A stretch of DNA of 64,000 nucleotides. Source: Gemmatimonadota bacterium. Lineage in GTDB: Bacteria; Gemmatimonadota; Gemmatimonadetes; Palauibacterales; Palauibacteraceae. Made by a program: the position numbers and the translations under genes. The notes under the pieces were generated by a model. That model was not told the DNA's origin. It worked only from the letters and a program-made list of their open reading frames with translations, and did no database searches. The DNA is taken from the NCBI GenBank assembly GCA_039584255.1, contig JBDGYE010000007.1, forward strand, positions 5,815-69,814, read 5' to 3'. This document shows, one piece after another, positions 30,301 to 38,685 of the stretch; within the stretch, counting starts at the first letter, position 1; each line of letters opens with the position of its first letter.

Positions 30301-31864
30301 GACGGAGGCCCGAAAGCTAGTGGAAAAGGAGGCCACGCGGCGGACGGAGGAGGCGGAGGTCGCCCTGAAGGCGGCGAAGCGGGAGGCGGGACGGCGGAAG
30401 AAGGAGGAGGAAGCCCGCAAGGCTGCAGAGAAGGAGGCCGCCCGGAGGGCCTCGGAGCTCGAGAAGGCCAGAGCGGCAGCGGAGGAAGAGGCTGCCCGCA
30501 AGGCGGACGAGGCCGAGGCTGCCCTCGAGGCCGCGCGAATGGAGGCCGAGCGGCGTGAAGCCGCCGAGCGCGAAGCTGCGGACCGGAGCTCCGAACTGGA
30601 GGAAGCTCAGAAGGCGGCCGAGGAAGCCGTTCGGCAGGCAACCGAGAAGCGGGCTGCGCAGCAGGCGATCCAGCAGGAGGCCGACCGGCGGACGGCCGAG
30701 GAGGAAGCAACCCTCAACGCGGCCGAGCAGAAGGTCTCTCACAAGGCTGCCGAGCTGGAGGCTGCACGGGAGGCTGCTGAGGAAAAGGTCGCCCAGATGG
30801 CGGCGGAGGCGGAAGCGGCCAGGGAGTCGGCCCGCCTCGAGGCGGAGCGCCGCGAGCAGGCGGAGGCGGCGGCCGCGGCGAGGGTCGACGAGCTGGAGCG
30901 CGCCCGGCAGGCCGCCGAGCAGGAGGCCGCGCGCATGGCCGCGCGCGCCCAGAAGGTGGCGGAGGTGGCGCGCCAGGAGCTGACCCGTCTCAGAGTGGAG
31001 CGAAAGGCGCTGGAGGAGGGCGCGGCACGCAGGATCGCGGCGATCGATGCCGAGCGCCGTGCAGCCGAGCGAGAGGCTGTGCGGCGGAGGGACGAGGAGG
31101 TGACCCGCGAAGCGTCGTCTGACGCGGCCCGGCAGGCGGAGGAGGAGGCGGAGCGAAGGGCTGCCCGAGAAGCAGCCTTCCGCCGGGCGGAGGAAGCGGT
31201 CACGAGAAGGGCGGAGCAGGACTCCCTACGTCTGGCAGCCGAGGCCGCTGCGCCCAGGGATCAGGAGCGAGAGGCGGAACGGGATGCCGCCCCGGCAGCC
31301 GCAGAACAGCCACCGCACAGGAAGTGGAGAAAGAGGCTGAGCCAGGCCGGTAACATCGCGGCCAGCATCGGGATCATCTCGATCGCCGCTGTCGGCGCCG
31401 AGAGGATCGTAGGCTCATCCGACCCGCGCATCGAAGAGGCTGTGCAGACTCTTCCGCCGGCAGTCACCGGAGACGACGAGGCGATTCCGCAGGCGCCCGG
31501 GGCAATCGAGCTGCCACCCCTAGCGGGAATCCAGCAAGTGCCGGGCTCCGGAGAGCTGTCGGTCGTACCTCCGAGCACCGACCCAGACGTGAAGGCGCTG
31601 GACTCCTGGGCGGGTTCGCTCGCCAGCGTAATTCAGGCGTTCCAGGAGGCCGCGGCGAGGCATGGCGCCGGCACCACGGCCTGTTCCGACCTCCAGGCGG
31701 CGTTCATCCTCGTGGATGAGACCTGGCTCGACTACAACGTCGACGGGATCTCAAAGGTCGTTGAAGACCTCGACCCCGAGCGGATGGACCGTCACGAGAG
31801 CCTGTCCAAAGACGTCCGCCAGGTCGAGCTCTCGCTGACTGCGTCGGGCTGCGAGAGACCCTGA
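27374..31864 (+). CDS. Giant (about 1496 aa) protein: degenerate MPN/JAB-like domain + about 1000-aa Ala/Glu/Arg/Lys helical repeat + TM helix + C-terminal domain
   Basis: MPN-like pattern FITQRAL...ERPFGLLSG...YVIISGV...LVGWYLRSTKGQLELSGDELLSHEKYF...AIIVS, where the expected HxH reads LRS. Uninterrupted AEEEAARRAAELEA-type sequence from about 28250 to 31300. TM AGNIAASIGIISIAAVGA (about 31348-31405). Start chosen at MADEAG; the upstream part of track ORF 27026.. is lower-GC and non-protein-like. Confidence 0.75.
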   Translation: MADEAGLRQLSLEGAQASDGVAERFHMRAPRPLVGSILWTPVSPDAPAEVEGAYDVFITQRALGDLLDHLATAPSGERPFGLLSGDLCEDLDVGARYVIISGVCRSSVPLSDDPGDQILPKAWEALRRLAAGMQGNLVGWYLRSTKGQLELSGDELLSHEKYFSEPWHSAIIVSADRDEPGGGFLRRTSRGFSPSEALPFYEVVTSRALSKGEKRTLLDWRNVQTADSVVPGQLAPETSKRVMRAAERSQIGSGAEVADATADGPTDGSALSVPSVTGAPGVFAEEVARRSILAAAAKTAAEMAERRERAEAAAREAEEEAARRAEELQAARTAAEEAARKAAEEAAEREEAEAAVERRQAEDLARQAEEAARVADEEAARRAVALTSAQEAADNAESRANELETALRATEADAARRVAEENAARVAAEQEAARRAEEVALAKAAEEEAERRAAELEATLKAAEEARKEAEEEAMRRAAQAEAARRAAEEEAARQAAELEATLEAAEAARKEAEEEANRKAAEAQAARKAAEEEAAQRAAELEATLEAAEAARKSAEEEAAQRAAEAQAARKAAEEKAAQRAAELEATLEATDAGRKAAEEEAARRATELEAARKAAEAEAERQAAELKATLEAADAARRAAEKKAERQAAELEAARKAAEAEAERQAAELQATLEAADAARRAAEEKATRRSEELEAARKAAEEEAERQAAELQSTLEAAESARREAEAEAARRTEELEAARKAAEEEAERRAAEAEAAIQAVEQEAARQSAEAEAARTAAEEEAARRREEAEAHKAAKEEAVRRMAELESARKKAEEEALRWAAEAEAARSAAEEETARMAAELEETREAAATARQVAEQEAARRSAEVEAAKRVAEESERRARDAETARRSAEAEAETRRSEEAARRAAEAAALEKAAELEAAREAAQDEAERRAAEAESARREAEEEAKQRKAEAAARKAAEKEAARRADELTEARKLVEKEATRRTEEAEVALKAAKREAGRRKKEEEARKAAEKEAARRASELEKARAAAEEEAARKADEAEAALEAARMEAERREAAEREAADRSSELEEAQKAAEEAVRQATEKRAAQQAIQQEADRRTAEEEATLNAAEQKVSHKAAELEAAREAAEEKVAQMAAEAEAARESARLEAERREQAEAAAAARVDELERARQAAEQEAARMAARAQKVAEVARQELTRLRVERKALEEGAARRIAAIDAERRAAEREAVRRRDEEVTREASSDAARQAEEEAERRAAREAAFRRAEEAVTRRAEQDSLRLAAEAAAPRDQEREAERDAAPAAAEQPPHRKWRKRLSQAGNIAASIGIISIAAVGAERIVGSSDPRIEEAVQTLPPAVTGDDEAIPQAPGAIELPPLAGIQQVPGSGELSVVPPSTDPDVKALDSWAGSLASVIQAFQEAAARHGAGTTACSDLQAAFILVDETWLDYNVDGISKVVEDLDPERMDRHESLSKDVRQVELSLTASGCERP
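28730..29633 (+). repeat. Seven tandem 129-bp (43-codon) coding repeats inside the giant gene
   Basis: Unit starts at about 28730, 28859, 28988, 29117, 29246, 29375 and 29504 (AAELEATLEAAEAARKEAEEEA..RKAAEAQAARKAAEEEAAQR and derived 25+18-aa subunits). Confidence 0.85.
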
Positions 31865-31878
31865 GGTCGCAGCGCCTC

Positions 31879-32406
31879 TCAAGGCGCGGGCGAGTGCTCG
31901 GAAGCCCGCCACTCGGTGGCCGGCTTGCTGTCGTAGATCACTTCCTCGTAGCCGTCGGCGACCGACCTCGCGGCGGCCAGGCAGTCTCGATCGCCGGCCA
32001 GCTCCACCGCGAAGCCCATCTCCGCCATCGTCCTCGAGTACTTGAAGCTACCGGTCTTCCCGCGGACGGCGTTGTGCGTACTGTCGACCGCCGCTGCCAA
32101 CTCCTCGGGGGTCTCGGCGCCGCACCGAGCGGACAGGCTCTCGAACAGGACGCGGTATTGCTCGACATCGGCGTTCGCTACCACTGACCTGCCGGCATCC
32201 TCAGCCGCCATGCGCGCGGCGAATGGCGCGTCCGAAGCCACGTAGAACCTGTCCTCCGGCCTCGGCAGCCCAGGCTCGCGAGGCTCGGGCCATGCTCGCA
32301 CGAGAACCCAGCCAAAGACGGCGGCCAGCGCCAGCCCGGCCGCTAGACGAGACAGTTCGGCGCGTCGCCACGCCGGGTCGTCGGGCATCGAAGTCCAGGT
32401 CATCAC
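31879..32406 (-). CDS. Hypothetical membrane-anchored protein (175 aa)
   Basis: One N-terminal hydrophobic helix (LAAGLALAAVFGWVLV). Convergent with the giant gene. No family recognised. Confidence 0.5.
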   Translation of the reverse strand: MMTWTSMPDDPAWRRAELSRLAAGLALAAVFGWVLVRAWPEPREPGLPRPEDRFYVASDAPFAARMAAEDAGRSVVANADVEQYRVLFESLSARCGAETPEELAAAVDSTHNAVRGKTGSFKYSRTMAEMGFAVELAGDRDCLAAARSVADGYEEVIYDSKPATEWRASEHSPAP

Positions 32407-32543
32407 AACCGAAGTATACGTTGGGCCAGCGGAGGCGCCGCAGGCTCCTGGCGTACCTACGGTCGGCTATTCAGCCAGTCCGGGATCTTCCCGCTGCGGT
32501 CTGCAGGCAGACGAAGGGAACGGGGGTCGTTTCGGAGTGAGGC

Positions 32544-33062
32544 TTACCTCGTTCCGTCGAAGGCCAGCCGCTCGAAACCCTCGGGTATGGCCGAGAGAAG
32601 GCGCAGCGGAACCGATCCCAGCTGGAGCCGCTCGTCCCCCCAGGAACCAGCCATGCCTACCAACAAGCCGGAGGCTCGAAACTCGAGGAACGACTCTACG
32701 GAACCACTCGCTCCGACGCTGCCGGCGAAGACGATGGCGGACGGATCGATCAACCAGTGTTCCGCAATGCGAGATCCGCCCGCTGCTATTCCCGTTATGC
32801 AGGCCCGATCGGCCGAGATCGTGCCATCCACCCTGGAACCGTTCTGAACGAGGATCTCGATCTGACCCGCGCAGACTGCGGCAGAATCCACTGTAGCGCC
32901 GTCGGCGGCCAGGAGCTCCAGCCTCCACCTACCGAGATACGTGCCTTGGACGTCCGGCGGAGGTGGCGGAGACAGCGGTCCCGATGCCTCCTGACGACCG
33001 CCTTCGCCTCCGCACGCCACCGAAGCCGCCGACAGCAGAACCGCGAACAACTTCCGAACCAT
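32544..33062 (-). CDS. Hypothetical lipoprotein (172 aa)
   Basis: MVRKLFAVLLSAASVAC lipobox. Start is the ATG at 33062 with a GGAGA upstream. Confidence 0.55.
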   Translation of the reverse strand: MVRKLFAVLLSAASVACGGEGGRQEASGPLSPPPPPDVQGTYLGRWRLELLAADGATVDSAAVCAGQIEILVQNGSRVDGTISADRACITGIAAGGSRIAEHWLIDPSAIVFAGSVGASGSVESFLEFRASGLLVGMAGSWGDERLQLGSVPLRLLSAIPEGFERLAFDGTR

Positions 33063-33149
33063 CTCGTCTCCGCGTGGCGGAGTCACGCCTGACGCCAGGC
33101 CCCAGCCGGCGACAGGAAACGCTGGCCGCCAGGTCTAGTCAATACAGAG

Positions 33150-34901
33150 CTATCCGCTCGGCCAGCGCCTCCGCTTCATCGCCTTCCGCTTGGCCTCGTT
33201 CTCGCGCCACGGCTTCCGGGCAAAGTAACTGCGGGTCTCCTCCACGACCTTCGGGGAGAGAAGCACCAGGGCGATCAGGTTCGGAACGATGACGACGGCC
33301 AGGAAGATGTCCCCCAGGTTCCAGATCACCGTCAGCGGGAGAACCGCGCCCACGAAGTGCATGGTGACGAACGCCATCTTGTAGGGCAGCACCGCCGGCG
33401 CCCCGAACAAGTAGTTGGCGCACCGGTCCCCGTAGTAGCTCCACGAGATGGCGGTCGAGATGGCGAACAGCAGCACGGCGAGGACGACGATCAGGCCTCC
33501 CCAGTCGCCCAGCGGTGAGAGCCCGAGCCGGAACCCCTGTTGGGTTAGCGGGGCTCCGCTCTCGATCGCCATTCCGTACAGCGACGTGTAGCTCTGACCG
33601 TCGTCGCCGACTGCGGTGACATCGGCGGGACGAATCGTGCCGGAGAACGGACGCGTCATATCTGCATCCGTGAAGAGCTCCTCGACGGCCACGTCGTGCC
33701 AGGCCACGAGCGGCGCCTCCACGGTCCGGGGGTAGCGTCCGTCCTCGATCACCAGCTCCTCCGGAGCGTCGGCGTCGGCGCGGCGACCTGCCGCATCCAC
33801 GGTGACGTAGCTGAGATCACCGCCCGTGAGCGAGATTTCGGTCGGGATTCGCGCGTTCCACACGCCGGTAATGATGATCACGAGACCTGTCATCGTGCAG
33901 ATGACGATCGTATCGATGAAGGGCTCGAGGAGCGCGACCACGCCCTCCGACACCGGCTCGTCCGTCTTGGCTGCCGCGTGCGCGATCGGAGCCGATCCCT
34001 GACCCGCCTCGTTCGAGAAAAGGCCGCGCCGTACACCCCACATCATAGTCACCAGGAAGGCTCCCACTCCGGTTCCCGCCACGCCGGCGGTCGGGTTGAG
34101 CGCCTCACGGACTATCAGTCGGAAGGCCGGAATCACATCACCCATGTTGAGGAAGATGATGATCAGGGCGCCGAGCACGTACATCGCGGCCATCGCCGGC
34201 GCCAGCACGGCCGTCACTCTGCCAATTCGCGTGATCCCGCCCAGGATTACCGCTGCCACGATGCCCGAGGTCGCCAGTCCCGTGACCCATGCCGGCAGCC
34301 CGAAGGTGGTCCGCATGGTGTCGGCCACCGTATTCGCCTGGATCGCGTTCCCGGTGAGAAACGCGGTGACGCCCAGGAGGAGGGCGAAGAGCACGGCCAT
34401 CCACTTCCAGTGCTGACCCAAGCCCTTTTCGATGTAGTACATGGGCCCGCCGGAGACCGTCCCCTCCCAGGCGTGGCCGTGGGTGGCCTCGATGTTGCGA
34501 TACTTCTGGGCCAGAGTGACCTCGGTGTACTTGGTGGCCATCCCCAGCGCGGCCGTGACCCACATCCAGAACAGCGCGCCGGGCCCGCCCCAGTGGATAG
34601 CGATGGCGACGCCGGCGATGTTACCGATTCCCACCGTAGCCGAGAGGGCCGTGGTCAGGGCCTGAAAATGGGATACGTCTCCGGGCTCTTCCGGATCGTC
34701 GTACGCCCCCGAGGTCACCTTGAAGCCGTGACCCAGGCGACGGAGCTGGATGAAACCCAGCCGGAGCGTCAGGAAGACGCCGGTACCCAGCAGGAGCAGG
34801 ACCATGTAGGGAACTGTCTCGCCCCCCACCGTGATGCCCAGCTCGACGACGTACCGGTTACCGAAGTCAGACAGCCGCTGGAAGAAGTCCATCCGCCCCA
34901 C
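33150..34901 (-). CDS. Alanine/glycine:cation symporter (AGCS family)
   Basis: ALSATVGIGNIAGVAIAIHWGGPGALFWMWVTAALGMATKY and other AGCS patterns. About 100-aa hydrophilic insertion (ARIPTEISL...APLTQQGF). Start at 34901 or 34892. Confidence 0.85.
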   Translation of the reverse strand: MGRMDFFQRLSDFGNRYVVELGITVGGETVPYMVLLLLGTGVFLTLRLGFIQLRRLGHGFKVTSGAYDDPEEPGDVSHFQALTTALSATVGIGNIAGVAIAIHWGGPGALFWMWVTAALGMATKYTEVTLAQKYRNIEATHGHAWEGTVSGGPMYYIEKGLGQHWKWMAVLFALLLGVTAFLTGNAIQANTVADTMRTTFGLPAWVTGLATSGIVAAVILGGITRIGRVTAVLAPAMAAMYVLGALIIIFLNMGDVIPAFRLIVREALNPTAGVAGTGVGAFLVTMMWGVRRGLFSNEAGQGSAPIAHAAAKTDEPVSEGVVALLEPFIDTIVICTMTGLVIIITGVWNARIPTEISLTGGDLSYVTVDAAGRRADADAPEELVIEDGRYPRTVEAPLVAWHDVAVEELFTDADMTRPFSGTIRPADVTAVGDDGQSYTSLYGMAIESGAPLTQQGFRLGLSPLGDWGGLIVVLAVLLFAISTAISWSYYGDRCANYLFGAPAVLPYKMAFVTMHFVGAVLPLTVIWNLGDIFLAVVIVPNLIALVLLSPKVVEETRSYFARKPWRENEAKRKAMKRRRWPSG

Positions 34902-35203
34902 GTCCGGGTTCAGGTTCGATCACTCTGCCTCTGGTCCTGCGCAAGATCGAGGAAGATAGGCGGGGGCAGGCGCATCGTGCGAGTCGGCCTCGCAGAGCGC
35001 CGTTCCCGAGGCGCGTTATTGCGAGCTCGGAATCGGTATCGTCGACCTCGTCGGTCCACGACTTGCTCGTTATGCATGGTGCTGGGGATCTCGCGGCGTG
35101 GATGCCCCTTACCGCTATGGAGACCGCAAGTCACTATTTAGAAGCATGTTATGTGGCTGCACACGTAACACGTACGGCGGATTCGACTGTTGGAGGACGG
35201 CAA

Positions 35204-35956
35204 ATGAGTACCACCAGGAGCAAAGACTGCAGAGTCGGAGTCAGGCTCAAGCCGTGGGATCTCCAGCGACTGGTCCAGATTCTGGGTGGCGACGAGATGG
35301 TGACCGGCCTTTCGGTAGAGCTGTCGGACGGCTGTACGGTGACGCTGGAGGATGCGTCCGAGTTTGGGGATCTGGATAACGTAAAGGGACGATCCATCAA
35401 CGCGTTAACTGTCGAGAGCGCGCCTGCCAACTTCCAGTTCAGCGAACAGTCCCGGTCGAGGCTGGCGGTCGTGACCGTACGGCCCAGTCCCAGCGCCACG
35501 GTTAGGTATCACGTCTCGGGGGACGAGCGGGCGGTGATATCGCTGTCCGCCGAGCTCGACGAATGGGTGAACGCCATCAGTCCCTGGTACGGAAGACTCG
35601 CGGCGGCCGACTCCGCGGTCTTTGCCTTTGCCTCGATCGTGCTGCTGGGGGCCATGATCGCCGGCACCGCTGGCCTATACCTGTGGCTTGGCGGGCAGCC
35701 GGGTGTCGCCGCCGATGGAGGCACGGGCTGGGTCGCTCGCTATGCGGTCTCAGGAGCTTTGCTCGGGCTGCTTGCGCTGGGCACCCTTCTGAACATCCGG
35801 CGCCGGCACCTGCTGCCGCTCGTCATGTTCCTCGTAGGTAAAGGAGCCGATCGCTCCCGCCGCTGCGACCAGCACCGAAAGGTGCTCCTGCAGTCGGGCG
35901 CTCTGATGATCGGGCTGGCTCTCTGCGGTTCCGTCCTCGGCGCGCTGGTCAGTTAG
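35204..35956 (+). CDS. Hypothetical membrane protein (250 aa, soluble N-domain + 3-4 TM)
   Basis: GGAGG RBS 7 nt before the ATG at 35204. C-terminal hydrophobic segments. No family recognised. Confidence 0.5.
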   Translation: MSTTRSKDCRVGVRLKPWDLQRLVQILGGDEMVTGLSVELSDGCTVTLEDASEFGDLDNVKGRSINALTVESAPANFQFSEQSRSRLAVVTVRPSPSATVRYHVSGDERAVISLSAELDEWVNAISPWYGRLAAADSAVFAFASIVLLGAMIAGTAGLYLWLGGQPGVAADGGTGWVARYAVSGALLGLLALGTLLNIRRRHLLPLVMFLVGKGADRSRRCDQHRKVLLQSGALMIGLALCGSVLGALVS

Positions 35957-36223
35957 AAGCGCGACTCATCCACGTAGCTCGACGGTGCCCCAGAACACCT
36001 CGGGGCAGCACCGGCGGCACTGATGGGTTCACCGACATCTTCGGGACTTGTCCACCCGGCTTCCCCAACCTCGCCGAGGCGGAGGCCGAGGCGGCGCAGC
36101 ACTACATCCGCAGCCACGTGCCGCCGACCGAGCAGAAGAAGCCACCCTGGCCAAGCGCAGTCGGGCTGCGGACGCCACCTGTCCGTCACACCAATTCACG
36201 ACCGCGCGCCTGGTGCCTGGCCT

Positions 36224-37873
36224 TCATCCAGTCGAGCCGTCGTGCTCCGCAACCGGGGGCGATTGGATCATCTGCGGAATCGTCTCGGGAAGATGCGTCT
36301 GCCACCATTCCGCAGCGCGCTCCCTCGTCCAGGGCTCGTCCAGGCGGATTCCATCCAGAGCACGGGCGAGATCCTCGGCCGATCCCGGACGACTCGCAGG
36401 GTCCTTGGAGAGGCACGCCAGAACGAGGCCGTCGAGCTCGACCGGAATCGGCATCTCCGCGACGGCGCTGGGAGGCTCCGGGGGAGTGTTCACGTGTGCG
36501 ACGATCGTGGCGACAACAGTGTCCTCCTGGAAGACACAGCGCCCGCTGAGCAGCTTGTAAGCCACACACGCCAGGGCGTAGATGTCGGCCCGCCCGTCGA
36601 TCTCCTGCCCGCCCATGGCCATCTCGGGCGCCATATAGCTGGGCGTCCCCGCCAGCAAGCCCTGTTTCGTCACCGGAGGCTCACGTCGCGACTCGAGCGT
36701 CGATTGCCTGACCAGCCCAAAGTCGAGGACCTTCACGAAGTCGGGCTCGAAGGCGCGCTGGCACAGGTAGAGATTGGCCGGCTTCAGGTCTCGGTGAATG
36801 AGGCCCCGCCGGTGAGCCTCGCCGAGGGAAAGGCACGCCTGCCGCAGAATGTGCACGACGCGCTCGGCCGGGAGTGGGCCGAAGCGCTCGACAAGGGACT
36901 CCATATCGAGCCCGTCGAGGAGCTCCATCACATAGAAGAAGGCTCCGTCGTCGCTGACCCCGAAGTCGTACAGCTCGACCGTGTGCGGTGACTGAAGGGA
37001 GGCGGTGACCTGCGCTTCCCGCTCGAAGCGGGTCAGCGCCGTATCCACGCCGCCAGGCTCCATGTCCAGCACATCGGCTCGAATCAGCTTGATCGCCGCC
37101 GGGCGCGCGAGCATGTTGTGACTCGCCTTCCAAACCTCGCCCATTCCCCCCCGCCCGATGAGCTCCAGCAGATGGTAGCTGCCCATCTCCTGGGCCCGGA
37201 GAATGTCCTTGCCCAGCCCGTAGATGATCCGGGCTGCGATGTAGGACACGACGACGACGACCGCGTAGGGAACAACGAAAACCGAGACGAAGTGCCCCGT
37301 TGCCAGGGTCGGCGCGTCACCGAACCGGGCCAGTAGCGCGATCGTAATGGGTACCGCGGAGCCCGAGAGCGTGAGGGCGATCAGCGCGTTTCTGGGCCTG
37401 GCCGGCACGAGGACCGCGAAGAAGAGCATCCAGGTCGCGACTCCGGAGAAGCCCACCAGGTCCGACGTCAGGAACTCGACCCCTACACCACGAAAGGTGC
37501 CCCAGTACTCCGAGATCGGGATACAGAAACTGACGATCACCTGGTAGACGAGGCCGACCGTGATCACCGCCGGCGGGGACAGCCGGGAGCTCCGGACGAG
37601 GAAGAGGACCACGAGCGACGCCACGATCATCGCCACACCGGGGCCGAACTGAAGCGGATCCGCGAACTCTGCCGCGAGTTCGCCTTCGACCCAGTTGCCC
37701 CCGAGCCAGCCGAACGCGAGCAGAACGACGAGCACAACGCAGACTACCTGAAGGCGCTCCGAGGCCTGGCGCAGGAGGGAAGGAGGGAGTCCCGTGGTGG
37801 AGCGCCCGGGTGTCTGGGACGGAATCTGCCGCCCGTCACCCTTCGTCAACAGGAGGTCATCCCGGCCGCTCAT
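36224..37873 (-). CDS. Ser/Thr protein kinase with N-terminal polytopic membrane domain
   Basis: About 6 predicted TM helices in the first 220 aa, then IGRGGMGEVWKA, AIKLI, HRDLKPANLYL, DFG and APE motifs. Confidence 0.85.
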   Translation of the reverse strand: MSGRDDLLLTKGDGRQIPSQTPGRSTTGLPPSLLRQASERLQVVCVVLVVLLAFGWLGGNWVEGELAAEFADPLQFGPGVAMIVASLVVLFLVRSSRLSPPAVITVGLVYQVIVSFCIPISEYWGTFRGVGVEFLTSDLVGFSGVATWMLFFAVLVPARPRNALIALTLSGSAVPITIALLARFGDAPTLATGHFVSVFVVPYAVVVVVSYIAARIIYGLGKDILRAQEMGSYHLLELIGRGGMGEVWKASHNMLARPAAIKLIRADVLDMEPGGVDTALTRFEREAQVTASLQSPHTVELYDFGVSDDGAFFYVMELLDGLDMESLVERFGPLPAERVVHILRQACLSLGEAHRRGLIHRDLKPANLYLCQRAFEPDFVKVLDFGLVRQSTLESRREPPVTKQGLLAGTPSYMAPEMAMGGQEIDGRADIYALACVAYKLLSGRCVFQEDTVVATIVAHVNTPPEPPSAVAEMPIPVELDGLVLACLSKDPASRPGSAEDLARALDGIRLDEPWTRERAAEWWQTHLPETIPQMIQSPPVAEHDGSTG

Positions 37874-37885
37874 GGGGTTCGAGAC

Positions 37886-38314
37886 TCAGTCCACGAAGTT
37901 CATGCAGCGAAGCAGATCGGCGAAGCGCGGATCCGAGCGAATCGAATCGAACCAGGGTCCGACCTGCATGTAGAAGAGATGATTCCGGTGGAGAACGAAC
38001 ATCCGCCTGGTCTCGTCGTCCACGGCCTGCTGCAGCAGCTCGAAGGCCCGGTCATGGTCTCCGAGCAAGGCGTTCAGGACACCCAGCCAGGTCGGATCAG
38101 TCCACCGGGCGCTGACTCGATCCACGACCTCCTGCACCCGGTCGTCCTTTCCCTGGTGGGCGTACGCGTAGGCCAGACACAGATCGCCGACCGGGAAATC
38201 CTGCCTCAACGCGACGCACTTCTGGCCGGCCTGGATCGCTTCCTCGAACCTGCCGACCTGGCTGTAGAGGGCCTCGATTTCGTGGCGTGGGGTCTCCATT
38301 ACGGATTCCCGCAC
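37886..38314 (-). CDS. Stand-alone TPR-like protein resembling the C-terminal end of kinase-TPR proteins
   Basis: The C-terminus ...FDSIRSDPRFADLLRCMNF parallels ...LDNLRGDPRFEALLNSVGF of the kinase-TPR protein at 49029..51284. Ends 12 nt before the kinase ATG at 37873. Start may be 38296. Confidence 0.55.
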   Translation of the reverse strand: MRESVMETPRHEIEALYSQVGRFEEAIQAGQKCVALRQDFPVGDLCLAYAYAHQGKDDRVQEVVDRVSARWTDPTWLGVLNALLGDHDRAFELLQQAVDDETRRMFVLHRNHLFYMQVGPWFDSIRSDPRFADLLRCMNFVD

Positions 38315-38685
38315 TGCGGCGACGCCGCCGCGGTTCGCTGAGATTGCCGGCCGTCGCCGTGGCCGATCTCACGGCCAACGGAATGCCGGACGACGAGGTC
38401 TGTCTTCGGGCGCTCGAGTAACACGCACACGGTCTCCGCCAACGGCTCTGATTGTCAGGAAGGGCCTCTACACAATATAGAATCCTGCCCCCCCGATGTT
38501 GAAGTGGTCCCTCCCGACCTCGGAACGCGCGATAGGCATCCGCCGGATCGTTCGGAGGTGAGCGCCGGCCGGGGCCCTGCGGTACATTCAACGCTAGCCC
38601 TCGCGAAGCCACTGGCTCGACCTTGACTTAGGGTGGACAATCTGGGGCCTGGAGTCCAGGAAACCCGTATTCGGCGCCGGGTGAG

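Noticed and set aside
28069-30742. Long antisense and alternate-frame ORFs across the giant gene (for example 28069..28878, 28118..29245, 28245..29441, 29386..30501 and 29544..30710, all on the minus strand)
   Set aside because: They are Ser/Ala- or Pro/Arg/Gly-only translations of the complement or shifted frames of GCN-GAR-rich repeats. Stop codons are absent because of composition, not selection. The plus-strand frame alone gives a coherent protein with flanking globular domains.
34902-35060. Glycine riboswitch upstream of the AGCS symporter
   Set aside because: The minus-strand leader lacks the GGAGAG...CACCGAAGGGGCAA...CUCAGGCAAAAGGAC core. Only a weak GCAGGACCAGAGG similarity is present.
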